The position numbers were made by a program, and so were the translations under genes. The notes beneath the pieces were generated by a model. The model did not search any database, was not told the DNA's origin, and saw nothing but the letters and a program-made list of their open reading frames with translations. This document shows positions 52,647 to 62,029 of a DNA stretch of 64,000 nucleotides, piece after piece. Numbering within the stretch: position 1 is the stretch's first letter; every line of letters starts with the position of its first letter. The stretch comes from a virus: the IMG/VR virus record IMGVR_UViG_3300012211_000002; one strand, 5' to 3'.

Positions 52647-53207
52647 TCAGTCATTCCAATTCCATTTCTGTAAATGCCGCTGCTCCACAGGAGCCTCAGT
52701 AGTAGGCTCAGAGGGAACACGCTCCAATTCATGTACCTTTGTAATGTAGGAAGCTGGAATCTTCCCTTCGTGCCTAAAGTTAACGTCCTTATCTATAACT
52801 TGTTTACTTAACTTATGAGCATTCTTCTTAGGAATTTCTACTTGCAAAACAACTGCTCGCTCATTGGGAAGCACCGTGCCATAGTTCTTTCTTCCAACTC
52901 CTCGATGGCTAAGGACTTCCTCCCTTGCTTTTGCATACGTTTCTGCTTCTTCCCTATTCGGTGTCAAATAAACATAACGCAATGCTTTAGCTCCCGGTTT
53001 CAAATCTATCGTAATTTCATCCCACCTTCTAACGCTCTTGTCCCCAGAGGTCTTCAGCCCTTCTTTCATAGCTTTCTTTGCTACTTCATAGGTTGTTCCA
53101 TGATACAAAATTATCTTCTTTCCTCCTCTACCCCTTGCATCCCAACCCTTCGAAGCTCCCTCTGAGGTACCAGAACCATAAAGCGAAATTGTAGATTCCA
53201 AATTCAC
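52647..53207 (-). CDS. Leader-tagged ART-fold enzyme (GTG start)
   Basis: VNLESTISLYGSGTSEGASKGWDARGRG; LYHGT...EGL...YVYLT. Confidence 0.7.
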   Translation of the reverse strand: MNLESTISLYGSGTSEGASKGWDARGRGGKKIILYHGTTYEVAKKAMKEGLKTSGDKSVRRWDEITIDLKPGAKALRYVYLTPNREEAETYAKAREEVLSHRGVGRKNYGTVLPNERAVVLQVEIPKKNAHKLSKQVIDKDVNFRHEGKIPASYITKVHELERVPSEPTTEAPVEQRHLQKWNWND

Positions 53208-53208
53208 G

Positions 53209-53799
53209 CTACACTTTCCCGTCTCTAATGGCAATAGAATTTCCAGAAACAAAAGCCGGATCTACCACTAGCCATGCCATGGAATCATCTTCAGCATTTA
53301 TAGTTTTAACCGCCACAGGCTTAAAACCAGATTTAATGCCAGCCGAAAAATCAATGCCAACTCCGTCAGACTCATTCTGCAAAGTAACAATATCGCCTAA
53401 TCTATACATCTCAACTCTCTTAATTGCTGCCACTGGAACTAAACGACGCACACTGAGTGTACCGCCAGTAGCAATCTCTTTACCAAGTTTACTAACATCA
53501 ACAGCAATCAACGCCAACCGCATCTCACTCAGCTGCTTCACTGTAGTAAGACCAAGACGCTTGCCCAAACCCATCGCCTTAGGAGCCGCATATATTAAAA
53601 GAGCCTCCTCCTTACTATTAGTCAACCAAACATGTTTGTCGTAACCAGGCTTTAAACCAAAAGTCAAAATCTTTCTAACGTCCTTGGGTGACGTACCATG
53701 GTACCCTTCCGTCTCCGGACGGCCACATTTCCCTACTTCTGGATTACAACCACTACCAGGACCACCACCATAAAGCGAAATGGTAGAAGAGATATTCAT
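53209..53799 (-). CDS. Leader-tagged ART-fold enzyme
   Basis: Leader; YHGT...IL..GL...VWLT. Confidence 0.7.
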   Translation of the reverse strand: MNISSTISLYGGGPGSGCNPEVGKCGRPETEGYHGTSPKDVRKILTFGLKPGYDKHVWLTNSKEEALLIYAAPKAMGLGKRLGLTTVKQLSEMRLALIAVDVSKLGKEIATGGTLSVRRLVPVAAIKRVEMYRLGDIVTLQNESDGVGIDFSAGIKSGFKPVAVKTINAEDDSMAWLVVDPAFVSGNSIAIRDGKV

Positions 53800-54791
53800 C
53801 TTACTTCTGCTTTCTCTCCTCTTCCTCCCACATTTTTCGCAGCTCTTCCACGTCCTCTTGTGTATGTAGTGGATCCTTTGTTCGATCTACCCAATACGGA
53901 GGATTCTTTACTTCCCGAGATTTCTTTTCCGGCTGCTTTGTTCTTATAGGCTTCCCATCTGCTTTTGTCATGGATTTTCTCCTCTCCCAGCCCATCCCGT
54001 TCGTAAATCAACCTTGGCTCCGAACCACTAGTATCATAAAAACGTTTCTGGGTTACTTCCGGCATCTCCTTGAGCTCTTGAAACTTTTGAGCCGCCCCAA
54101 CGTGGGACTTCTCAATTACATCATCCGGAACGTGCCTGCCAAAATTTATCGGATCAGTGGAATTCCCTTCTCTCTTCGAAGCTCTCGCCTTCGCCATCGA
54201 AGTCGGAATGTCCATAAACATAGCTCTTACATCGTAACCCTTGTCCGCTAACAGCTTTCCCATTGCCGCTCCACCATTACCAGACGTCGTTGAATCGTAA
54301 ACTATATCCAGCCCTTGTGCCCCCGCCTGTGCCATCGCCTTCTTCGTAACATAGCTAGACTCTTCGTGCACCAACATAGCCGCCCTCATAGGATCTGACT
54401 TCTTCAAGGCAGCGTATTCTGGAATCGCCAACTTGAGCTCATCTGGATCCACTCTAACTACGTTGGGATCGTCCCCCATGATCTTCCTACTCGCCGTCGT
54501 TTTCCCGGAAGCTGTGCCACCACCCAGTAAAGTCACAATGGGCTGCCTACCCGCTACTTTATGCTTCCCTTCCAGTAGCTTGTCTATGATTTGCTGATGA
54601 TACTTCGCCCTCTCCGGATCCCACTCTCCCGTGGAAGGGTTCTTCCAAGCCTCCTCTGTCGACTGGCCCTGTACTAGTTGCTTCGCAGGAGGTCCTCCAT
54701 CTGTAGGCAATCTACCACATCTACCCACTGCAGGATTGCAACCCGAGCCAACTCCTCCGGCATAAATCGAAAGTGTAACCACTAAATTCAT
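53796..54791 (-). CDS. Leader-tagged zeta toxin (PezT-like P-loop kinase)
   Basis: LGGGTASGKTT, VDPDELK, HEESS, DST, GRHVP. Confidence 0.88.
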   Translation of the reverse strand: MNLVVTLSIYAGGVGSGCNPAVGRCGRLPTDGGPPAKQLVQGQSTEEAWKNPSTGEWDPERAKYHQQIIDKLLEGKHKVAGRQPIVTLLGGGTASGKTTASRKIMGDDPNVVRVDPDELKLAIPEYAALKKSDPMRAAMLVHEESSYVTKKAMAQAGAQGLDIVYDSTTSGNGGAAMGKLLADKGYDVRAMFMDIPTSMAKARASKREGNSTDPINFGRHVPDDVIEKSHVGAAQKFQELKEMPEVTQKRFYDTSGSEPRLIYERDGLGEEKIHDKSRWEAYKNKAAGKEISGSKESSVLGRSNKGSTTYTRGRGRAAKNVGGRGEKAEVR

Positions 54792-55033
54792 TTTATCAAC
54801 CTCGCCCGCAAGTAGCTACCCGAATAATAACTCGGCAAAGCCAGCATCCACTGCAACGGCTGCTCACTGGAATCTATCACCTTATCGCCCAAAACTACAG
54901 GGTCCTGCAACATCGATTCCATCAAGGTGACGTAGTGAGGGTCTGCCTCTATCGAAAACTGCCCGTTCACAAGATAGATCGAACCCGCCACTACCTGCCC
55001 GTCCCTCGTTGTCACTAGCATATCTACTCTCAT
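54788..55033 (-). CDS. Putative immunity protein for the adjacent kinase
   Basis: Small leaderless gene coupled to the kinase; W..ALP..YSGSYL.A motif. Confidence 0.5.
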   Translation of the reverse strand: MRVDMLVTTRDGQVVAGSIYLVNGQFSIEADPHYVTLMESMLQDPVVLGDKVIDSSEQPLQWMLALPSYYSGSYLRARLIK

Positions 55034-55992
55034 CGTAGCTCCATACGACGCAACTCACGCCAGGTATCTGCTTTACTAAGATTATCAATTCTTGCCTGCA
55101 ATGCCTGCCTTCTTCCCTCCGAAATCTTCAAATTCATCATAGCCGTATTTATTTCATTTCTGTGTTCTATATAAGAACCAGCCAGACTTCTCGGAGACGG
55201 AGGTGCATCTTCTGGAGTCTTCATAGCATAATACTCAGTTTTTTCCAAGAAGCCCGTATGCCAACTAGGGCCACCATGCCTAGGAAATGCAATTCCATGA
55301 TCTATCAAGCCAAGCTTATCTCCATTGACAATCCAGTTCTTCTCATGCCTATCCGAGTTTCCAATCACATAGTCAAAGGACGCTGCCCGAAACATATCGT
55401 CTTTCCCGTCAAACTTTTTATCACGCTGTGCATTCTTTGCCACCTCTCCATCCGTCCAAGCCGTCAAAGAACCCGTCCTTCCCTCTATAACTCTAATCAC
55501 AGCCGGCTTTACCATATCCTGCATTCCAACCAGCTTCGCTATTTTCCAAGCCGCCACTTCATGATTCATATCGCCTGTTTCTGACACTTTGAAAACCGCT
55601 TTATCCCCATTCTCAAACTTTACCGTATATGTTTCATTGACGCCACCGCCTAGCTTCCTCGGAGAACCCGATGTAGGAGACGTCGAAAGAAACGATTCCT
55701 TATCTCCCAAGTTCTCACTCTTGGGAATTCTTCTCATTCTAACCACTACATCTTTTCCCCGCCTCTCCACTTCCAACTTATCTCCCATCCTCTTTACTAC
55801 TTGGTGAATGCCTCCAACGCCAATCTTCTGCCTCAACGTAAACTGCCTGTGGGTTCTCGGTTCGTCTTGCAAAACTTTCATCAGAGCTTGAGACAAATCC
55901 TTTTTCCTTGGACGGCCACACTTCCCTGCCTCTGGATTACAACCAGAGCCAGGACCACCGCCATAAATCGAAATTGTTGATCTGATATTCAT
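55030..55992 (-). CDS. Leader-tagged HipA/PI3K-like kinase
   Basis: GGGVNETY...AVFK...HEVAAW...DYVIGNSDRHEKN...IDHGIAF. Confidence 0.85.
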   Translation of the reverse strand: MNIRSTISIYGGGPGSGCNPEAGKCGRPRKKDLSQALMKVLQDEPRTHRQFTLRQKIGVGGIHQVVKRMGDKLEVERRGKDVVVRMRRIPKSENLGDKESFLSTSPTSGSPRKLGGGVNETYTVKFENGDKAVFKVSETGDMNHEVAAWKIAKLVGMQDMVKPAVIRVIEGRTGSLTAWTDGEVAKNAQRDKKFDGKDDMFRAASFDYVIGNSDRHEKNWIVNGDKLGLIDHGIAFPRHGGPSWHTGFLEKTEYYAMKTPEDAPPSPRSLAGSYIEHRNEINTAMMNLKISEGRRQALQARIDNLSKADTWRELRRMELR

Positions 55993-56447
55993 AATCCGTG
56001 TTTCTTCAGATGTTTGTCTAAACTACCCGCATTCAAACCTCTGCCATGCTCCTTGTAGTCTGCTCCAAAGCTACTCGTGTGCACCCAACCAGCAGGGCTC
56101 GTTAATACGTTGTGAATCCTATGGGTCTGATATTTACTTTTCATAGAATCCATCGGATCTTCCAGGGCTTCCCTCTTCCCAACTCTCATCCATGAACCAG
56201 GACTACCGAGAATAGCTGCTCCCTGACTCTTCGAACCCGGCTGATACTGACCCACTGAACCGCTCCGCATGAATTGATGCTCCATCAGCATCTTAGACAT
56301 CTCATGCATGTTCTTCTGCGCTGTCTGCTTCATCAGTAAGCTCTTGTCGAAATTTCCCATCTTCTTCGCAGGCCTTCCACAGTTTGGTCCTTTGCAGCCA
56401 GAGCCAACGCCACCACCATAGATCGAAATTGTAGATGCTAAATTCAT
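55989..56447 (-). CDS. Leader-tagged protein of unknown function
   Basis: MNLASTISIYGGGVGSGCKGPNCGRP. Confidence 0.7.
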   Translation of the reverse strand: MNLASTISIYGGGVGSGCKGPNCGRPAKKMGNFDKSLLMKQTAQKNMHEMSKMLMEHQFMRSGSVGQYQPGSKSQGAAILGSPGSWMRVGKREALEDPMDSMKSKYQTHRIHNVLTSPAGWVHTSSFGADYKEHGRGLNAGSLDKHLKKHGL

Positions 56448-57168
56448 TTTCTTTTTTTATTCAAATCTTCCCGAGAGCCCGTCTCACTTCTATATGGAAA
56501 AAGCTTGTTAAGCATCTCCGCCCGTTCTTCACAAGGCCGACATGGCTTCACTCCCACTTTTCTCGTTATGCGTTTAACAGTGTCTCCCAATCCCTGATCC
56601 ACATCCAAAATTTGTCGTAAGTTCATTTTGGTTTTCGCTCCGCTATCTTAATGAGTATCGCTAATATATCATCCAACGCATAGTAGCGACCGTCTTCTCC
56701 CAACAACGCATAAGGCCCACCACGAGTGGGCTCTATCGAATATTGCTTAATCATTTCTATCGGAACTACCACACGACGAGGAGGAAGAGGTATCGGCTGC
56801 TGTCTAACCGAGGGCTGATTTCCACTCACATCTGGAATTGGCAAGGGCACATACTGAGTCAAAATAAAGTTTGCTCTATGAATCCCTTGCTCTTCCACCG
56901 CACTTGGCAAAGGACGTGTGCTCGTGGGAGAGGCCCCAAAGTGGCTCGCCATCTGTAACTCTAAGGATCTGATTCTGCTATCGTGTTGATCCAAGACTGG
57001 GCTAATCGCTGCTTTGATGGAAGCTACATCTTCCTTTGTAGCTATCTTACTCCCGATTGTCACCAACGCTATCAAGATCGCCAAGATACTGCCAATGACT
57101 CCGATAGTAGAGTAGCTTATGGATATTCGCCCGTTCCCTTTTTCTAACTGAGAATTCTCTGACATGTT

Positions 57169-57669
57169 TTAACTCCTGACTGCTTTTCTTACTAACTTCA
57201 TCATGTCTACCGCTTTGGAGTTCTCCAGCACTCTGAATGCTCTATCGTCAAAATACGCGATAGCAATAGGTTTAGAGTTCGTCACCAGTAAACTAGGAAA
57301 TCCCTGCTCACCCAGCCACTTCGCTACTATGTCCGTTTCTTTTCTAGCTGTAAATATAACTACATGAAACCCTTCCTTGATAAGCATCCCTAGAAACTTC
57401 AGTCCCTCTTGCTTCGGTGGGCCAATTTGCCCCCACTGAAAGGGGTTTGCCACATGAGCCAACACTCCATCAAAATCCAATGCCACGGTCTGAAAACGTG
57501 CAGGATGCCGAGAGCTTACCTCTGCCGCTGCCTGTAATAAAAGTGCCTCTGCTAACTTCATTTCTACTCCACACCCTACCGCTATTGGTCCCTTGTAGGT
57601 TCCAGCGGATGGGTTACTTGTTACACGCTTGCTGGTGCCACGTAAGGCCTGGCCTCTTCCTCTGGCCAA
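57169..57669 (-). CDS. HAD-like phosphatase (paralog of 24208-24555)
   Basis: ALDFDGVLA...IGPP...FTAR...FDDRA. Confidence 0.8.
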   Translation of the reverse strand: MARGRGQALRGTSKRVTSNPSAGTYKGPIAVGCGVEMKLAEALLLQAAAEVSSRHPARFQTVALDFDGVLAHVANPFQWGQIGPPKQEGLKFLGMLIKEGFHVVIFTARKETDIVAKWLGEQGFPSLLVTNSKPIAIAYFDDRAFRVLENSKAVDMMKLVRKAVRS

Positions 57670-57934
57670 CGCCAGTAACGACCATGAACGTTAGTCTTGC
57701 TAACATGAGTCACACTCGACTCACGTTTCATCTGCCGCCCATAATCGTCATGATCTGCTTCACTACCAGAAACGAAAAGCAGATTTACCGCCGGTCCATC
57801 ACTTCTTTTTCCCCACACAGCTGTAAGCAAAGCATTGTGTGGAACACCTCTCTCATCGTGGTAGACAACTACGTCTCCTACTTTCATCTCTTCCATTTGC
57901 CTCACCTTCTTCTCTTGCTGTCTTACGCAAGCTC

Positions 57935-58234
57935 TTATAAACCTTTCTGCAACTGATGCAATCGAATCAGCAACTCAGCATCCGACTCGAAAGGATCCAG
58001 ATTCCTCCCCATCTGCTTCTCCAAAGCTCGCTTCCTTTCCCACTGCCTAACGGTTACATCTGTTGCTGAAGACTCTTCCCACAAATGATGGCTCGCTAAG
58101 TCCGACGGAGACGCATCTGATTCAATATGCTTCAGCACTCTTCTTTTTCTCCTGCTTAACGTAGACAATCCAATAGAGCCCGGACCCACACTGTCCACCG
58201 AATTATACAATTTCAGCGTTGCTGCTAAGTTCAT
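57935..58234 (-). CDS. Small protein with leader-like N-terminus
   Basis: MNLAATLKLY. Confidence 0.55.
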   Translation of the reverse strand: MNLAATLKLYNSVDSVGPGSIGLSTLSRRKRRVLKHIESDASPSDLASHHLWEESSATDVTVRQWERKRALEKQMGRNLDPFESDAELLIRLHQLQKGL

Positions 58235-58321
58235 CTATTTCTCCAAAATCTTTTTCTCACTGAACTCACGTGCCGCTATTTCTGCTGCTGCATACAGCTG
58301 CATTGAATCCGCCAAATTCAT
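58235..58321 (-). CDS. 28-aa leader-only peptide (below ORF-track cutoff)
   Basis: RBS GGAG; MNLADSMQLYAAAEIAAREFSEKKILEK*; stop abuts the next ATG. Confidence 0.55.
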   Translation of the reverse strand: MNLADSMQLYAAAEIAAREFSEKKILEK

Positions 58322-58551
58322 ACTAGCTCCTTAGGTGCTGGGTGTTGTGCGCTGGTTCAACAGCCAGAAGTTCCCAATACCTCCGCTTGGATTCGTATTG
58401 ATTGATGGTTGAGAAACTCCTTCTACCGCAGCTCTTCTCGTATAACCAACTGTATCCAAATTCTGGAGCACACCCAGTGCTATTCTTGCTTCTTCCATCT
58501 CTCTTATCACAGGCGCGTAATGAAATGACATCGTGTCTCTCCTTTTTTGAA

Positions 58552-60585
58552 TTAACTACCAGAGCCACCAGCTCCGCCAGTTCCTGCTGTACTACCAGCT
58601 GAAGAGGGTCTATGATCTCCATCTCTTAGCCAGTCTGCCAAACGAACCACTCTCGGCTTTGGATGCTTAATGAACTTTTTCCTATCCTGCTCAAGAAGCT
58701 GTGGATCGGAGAATACATCCACTGCTGCCATATCACCAAAAGCTAGCTGATCTTCCGTAGGTTCCCCGAACCAAAAGTCTATAACTAATTTTCTAGCTTT
58801 TGTACTAGTGTACACATCACCGTGATCCGTCTGTCCAAGCTGAGTAAATCCTAATTTTCTTAACGCCCTTTCAAATCTTGCATGCATTTCATCATCGAAA
58901 CCAGGATCTTCTGCTGGCTTAAAAATTAATCGTATGTCTAAATCATTTCTAGAGTAGCCTTGCCTTGCGACACTACCAACCACTTTGAAACGCGCTTCCG
59001 GCACAGCTTCTGACAAAGCTGTCACAACTCTTTTCCCAAAGGCTGCTGTATGCAAATGACCTCTACCTCTCTTGTCCCAACCCTTACTAGCTCCTTCTGA
59101 AGTTCCATAAGCAGCTATCTGCTGAGTATGCCCTTGCAATTTCAGATACAGCTTCTCCGCTTCCGGTGTCATTCCCGGCAACTTTTCACCAAGACTCAGT
59201 GCTTTACGTATCTTGGTGGAACTCATACTTTCAGACGAACGAGGCATCGCCAAGTAGTAGTAGCCTTCATGAGCCGTGCCCTTGTCCCCCTGGTAAACGG
59301 AAGGAAAGCCAGGAGGATGTCCCGGCGCTGAATCTTCCCCCGTGATGTTGATAATCGTATGGCCGGGATATTCTTTCGCCGCCCAATCCGCTAGTTGCGT
59401 CCGCCGAAGTTTTCCTTGCGTTTTCTCAGCCTCTTCTGCTGGCTCTGACGTTACCCTGATGCCACTCCCGGTAAAAGTAAGCTTGGACAATTCTGTCCGA
59501 TCCGATAGCGACATTCTATCCGGCAACTTGTCTTTGATTAACTTGTCGGCTGTGGGAGCCACAACTACTGTCGGCACGTTGTATCCAGCTTCCCGCACTA
59601 GTCTGGCTGCTTCATCAGCCACCCTGCTATGGTCAATATGCGGTGGGTTAAAAGAGCCACCCAAAACCAGCACGACTGGCTTTGCCGTTGCTGGCATGGT
59701 CGAGCCGGGAGCCAAACCACCCTCTGATCTTCTACCTCTACCTCTTTCATCCCAACCCTTCGAGGCTCCCTCTGAAGTCCCTGACGTTTCCAACTTCTTC
59801 ACTCTTGCTCCCGCCGTCGCTCCGGTAGAACTCGGAGTGATTCCTTTCCACATCGCATATGCGGCTAGCTCTGCTTCCTCTTGTGTCTTCCACGTGGAGA
59901 TTACAAGCCCATCTGGATCCACTACTGCCCACTTCCCACCCGTAGCCACTCTCTTTATCCTCTGATTCTGAAGCGAAGGCCGATCCGCCCTCCAAGACGC
60001 ATACAGGTCTATTGCTTCTTCTTTAGAAAGCTGGTTTGAATAGGGCTTCGGTTCCCACCATTCCAACATCACTGTTTTTGTTTCTGAAGGTAATCTAGCC
60101 AACGCATCTCTAAAGCTATCTACACCCAAACCCTCAAGCATTACACTTGACTTTCTATTGTATGGAAACTCTATTCTAACGTAGCCCTGCTTAAACGCAT
60201 CTAGGTAAGAGGGCAAAGGGTCGTCGCCCTTCACCAACTTAAACTTAGTCAGTGTATCAAAATGATTCATTCCATCACCGTTCTTATAAAAACCATTTTT
60301 TCCATACCAACCATTATCTGTTATGAGAATCGTGGGCTTTCTTCCTCTACCTCTTTCATCCCAACCCTTGCTAGCTCCCTCCGAAGTCCCTTCTCCGTGT
60401 ACTTCTCCCTTGCCAGGCCCGAGCAACGTGTTCAACTGAACTCTCAAATCGTTGAGCCTCTGCTGTTTGTCCGACAAATACTTCTTGATCCATTCGTCCG
60501 CAGATCTAGAATCTGGGACTGTCGCCTGTGTACCAGCGGCTGTGGAGTGCAACTCTTGCAACTTGAGCACTTGAGCCAGTTTCAT
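58552..60585 (-). CDS. Multidomain protein: unknown domain, NadD-like cytidylyltransferase fold and Pol-beta nucleotidyltransferase, separated by three GTSEGASKGWD.RGRG repeats
   Basis: LGGSFNPPHIDH...SSTKIR; VVGSVAR...NDLDI. Confidence 0.8.
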   Translation of the reverse strand: MKLAQVLKLQELHSTAAGTQATVPDSRSADEWIKKYLSDKQQRLNDLRVQLNTLLGPGKGEVHGEGTSEGASKGWDERGRGRKPTILITDNGWYGKNGFYKNGDGMNHFDTLTKFKLVKGDDPLPSYLDAFKQGYVRIEFPYNRKSSVMLEGLGVDSFRDALARLPSETKTVMLEWWEPKPYSNQLSKEEAIDLYASWRADRPSLQNQRIKRVATGGKWAVVDPDGLVISTWKTQEEAELAAYAMWKGITPSSTGATAGARVKKLETSGTSEGASKGWDERGRGRRSEGGLAPGSTMPATAKPVVLVLGGSFNPPHIDHSRVADEAARLVREAGYNVPTVVVAPTADKLIKDKLPDRMSLSDRTELSKLTFTGSGIRVTSEPAEEAEKTQGKLRRTQLADWAAKEYPGHTIINITGEDSAPGHPPGFPSVYQGDKGTAHEGYYYLAMPRSSESMSSTKIRKALSLGEKLPGMTPEAEKLYLKLQGHTQQIAAYGTSEGASKGWDKRGRGHLHTAAFGKRVVTALSEAVPEARFKVVGSVARQGYSRNDLDIRLIFKPAEDPGFDDEMHARFERALRKLGFTQLGQTDHGDVYTSTKARKLVIDFWFGEPTEDQLAFGDMAAVDVFSDPQLLEQDRKKFIKHPKPRVVRLADWLRDGDHRPSSAGSTAGTGGAGGSGS

Positions 60586-61049
60586 TTTAATCTCAGTGTA
60601 AAATGTGGACGTTGCTCGAAACTGTTGTATTCTTCTACAACTTTATGACTCTTTGCCAAAGATCTCCAAACTCGCTCTGCCTCTGTACTTAAGGGAAAAG
60701 AAGACTCGAGTGTCTCTGCTTTCGGATAATACCTCTTTAGAAAATCTATAGCCTTAATGTACATCTTCCTACCATAGCCTTTGCCACGATACTTCTCATC
60801 TAACATACTCTCTACTAAATGGGTCTTCCGCCCTTCTTCCCTTACGCCAATTTCCACCCAACCAACTTCTTTTCCACTAAAGTCCCCGGCCAACACTCTA
60901 AAGTTATTAGACGAATGTCTCTTAACAGTCAAAGATAATTCACCAGACGATGCCCGACTTTTTCTACCCCTACCTCTAGCATCCCAACCCTTTGAAGCTC
61001 CCTCTGAAGTGCCACCACCATAAATCGAAATGGTAGAAGCCAGTTTCAT
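60582..61049 (-). CDS. Leader-tagged GNAT acetyltransferase
   Basis: MKLASTISIYGGGTSEGASKGW; LDEKYRGKGYGRKMY...S.EAERVW. Confidence 0.82.
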   Translation of the reverse strand: MKLASTISIYGGGTSEGASKGWDARGRGRKSRASSGELSLTVKRHSSNNFRVLAGDFSGKEVGWVEIGVREEGRKTHLVESMLDEKYRGKGYGRKMYIKAIDFLKRYYPKAETLESSFPLSTEAERVWRSLAKSHKVVEEYNSFEQRPHFTLRLK

Positions 61050-62029
61050 CTGGCCACCGCTACTTTCGTCTTCTCCAATTCAGCTTCTACCATGATGTTA
61101 ACCAAATCCCCAAATCCCACTTTCGGTTTCCAGCCCAACACCTTCTCTACTTTCGAATTATCCGCTCGCATATCGTAAATCTCTTGCACTCGCAGAAACC
61201 TAGGATCTACCTTCACTAAGTTCTCCGTCATATACCAATAATCTTCTGACAATCCAGCCGCTTTACATGCCTGACTTAGAAAATCTTTTACTGAATGAGA
61301 TACGCCAGTTCCAAAAACATAGTCCTGCGGCTCCTCCTGTTGCAACATACTATGCATCACTTTTACGTATTCACCAGCGAAACCCCAATCTCTTCTCGAA
61401 TCCAAATGGCCAAGCCATAAGGTTTCCATGCTACCTCTCGCCCAACCAGCTACTGCTCTGACTATCTTCCGTGTTACCATTTCTTGCCCACGCCTTGGAC
61501 TCTCGTGATTGAAAAAAATTCCACTCACCACATGTAAACCACGCTGCCTGTATAGCCCAGCCAACTTGTGAGCCGCCAATTTGGAAATACCATAAGGAGA
61601 CGTCGGATTCATAGGAGTCTCTTCCGTACATATCCCTTCATGATTCCCAAACATCTCCGACGTACAAGCCTGATACACTCGCGTATCTTTCTTAACGTCT
61701 TCTAGAATCCGCAGCAACCGACTCAGCCCTACTGTATTCACATCGAAAGTCTCTTCCGGATATTCCCATGAAATCGGAACCACCACTTGCCCTGCGAAAT
61801 TGTAGACCTCATCAGGCCAAGACTTCTGTATCGATGCCCGCAACGCTAGTTCATCCCGCATGTCCCCATATAAGTATATGACTTTCCCTATAAGATTCCT
61901 AGTGTATTCTTTCAGCACCGGATTCGATCTCACTAACCCGAAAACCCGGTAACCAAGCGCTAACAGGTATTCTGAGAGGTAACTTCCATCCTGTCCCAAA
62001 CTGCCCGTGATTAACGCCACTTTGCTCAT
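61046..62029 (-). CDS. gmd: GDP-mannose 4,6-dehydratase
   Basis: ALITGSLGQDGSYL, YQACTSEMFG, SPYGISK, FNHESPRRG..VTRKI, RDWG. Confidence 0.93.
   Translation of the reverse strand: MSKVALITGSLGQDGSYLSEYLLALGYRVFGLVRSNPVLKEYTRNLIGKVIYLYGDMRDELALRASIQKSWPDEVYNFAGQVVVPISWEYPEETFDVNTVGLSRLLRILEDVKKDTRVYQACTSEMFGNHEGICTEETPMNPTSPYGISKLAAHKLAGLYRQRGLHVVSGIFFNHESPRRGQEMVTRKIVRAVAGWARGSMETLWLGHLDSRRDWGFAGEYVKVMHSMLQQEEPQDYVFGTGVSHSVKDFLSQACKAAGLSEDYWYMTENLVKVDPRFLRVQEIYDMRADNSKVEKVLGWKPKVGFGDLVNIMVEAELEKTKVAVAR

Noticed and set aside
59264-59280. Possible trans guide for the queD junction (GCCTTCATGAGCC)
   Set aside because: Short, imperfect match lying inside coding sequence; compatible with chance.
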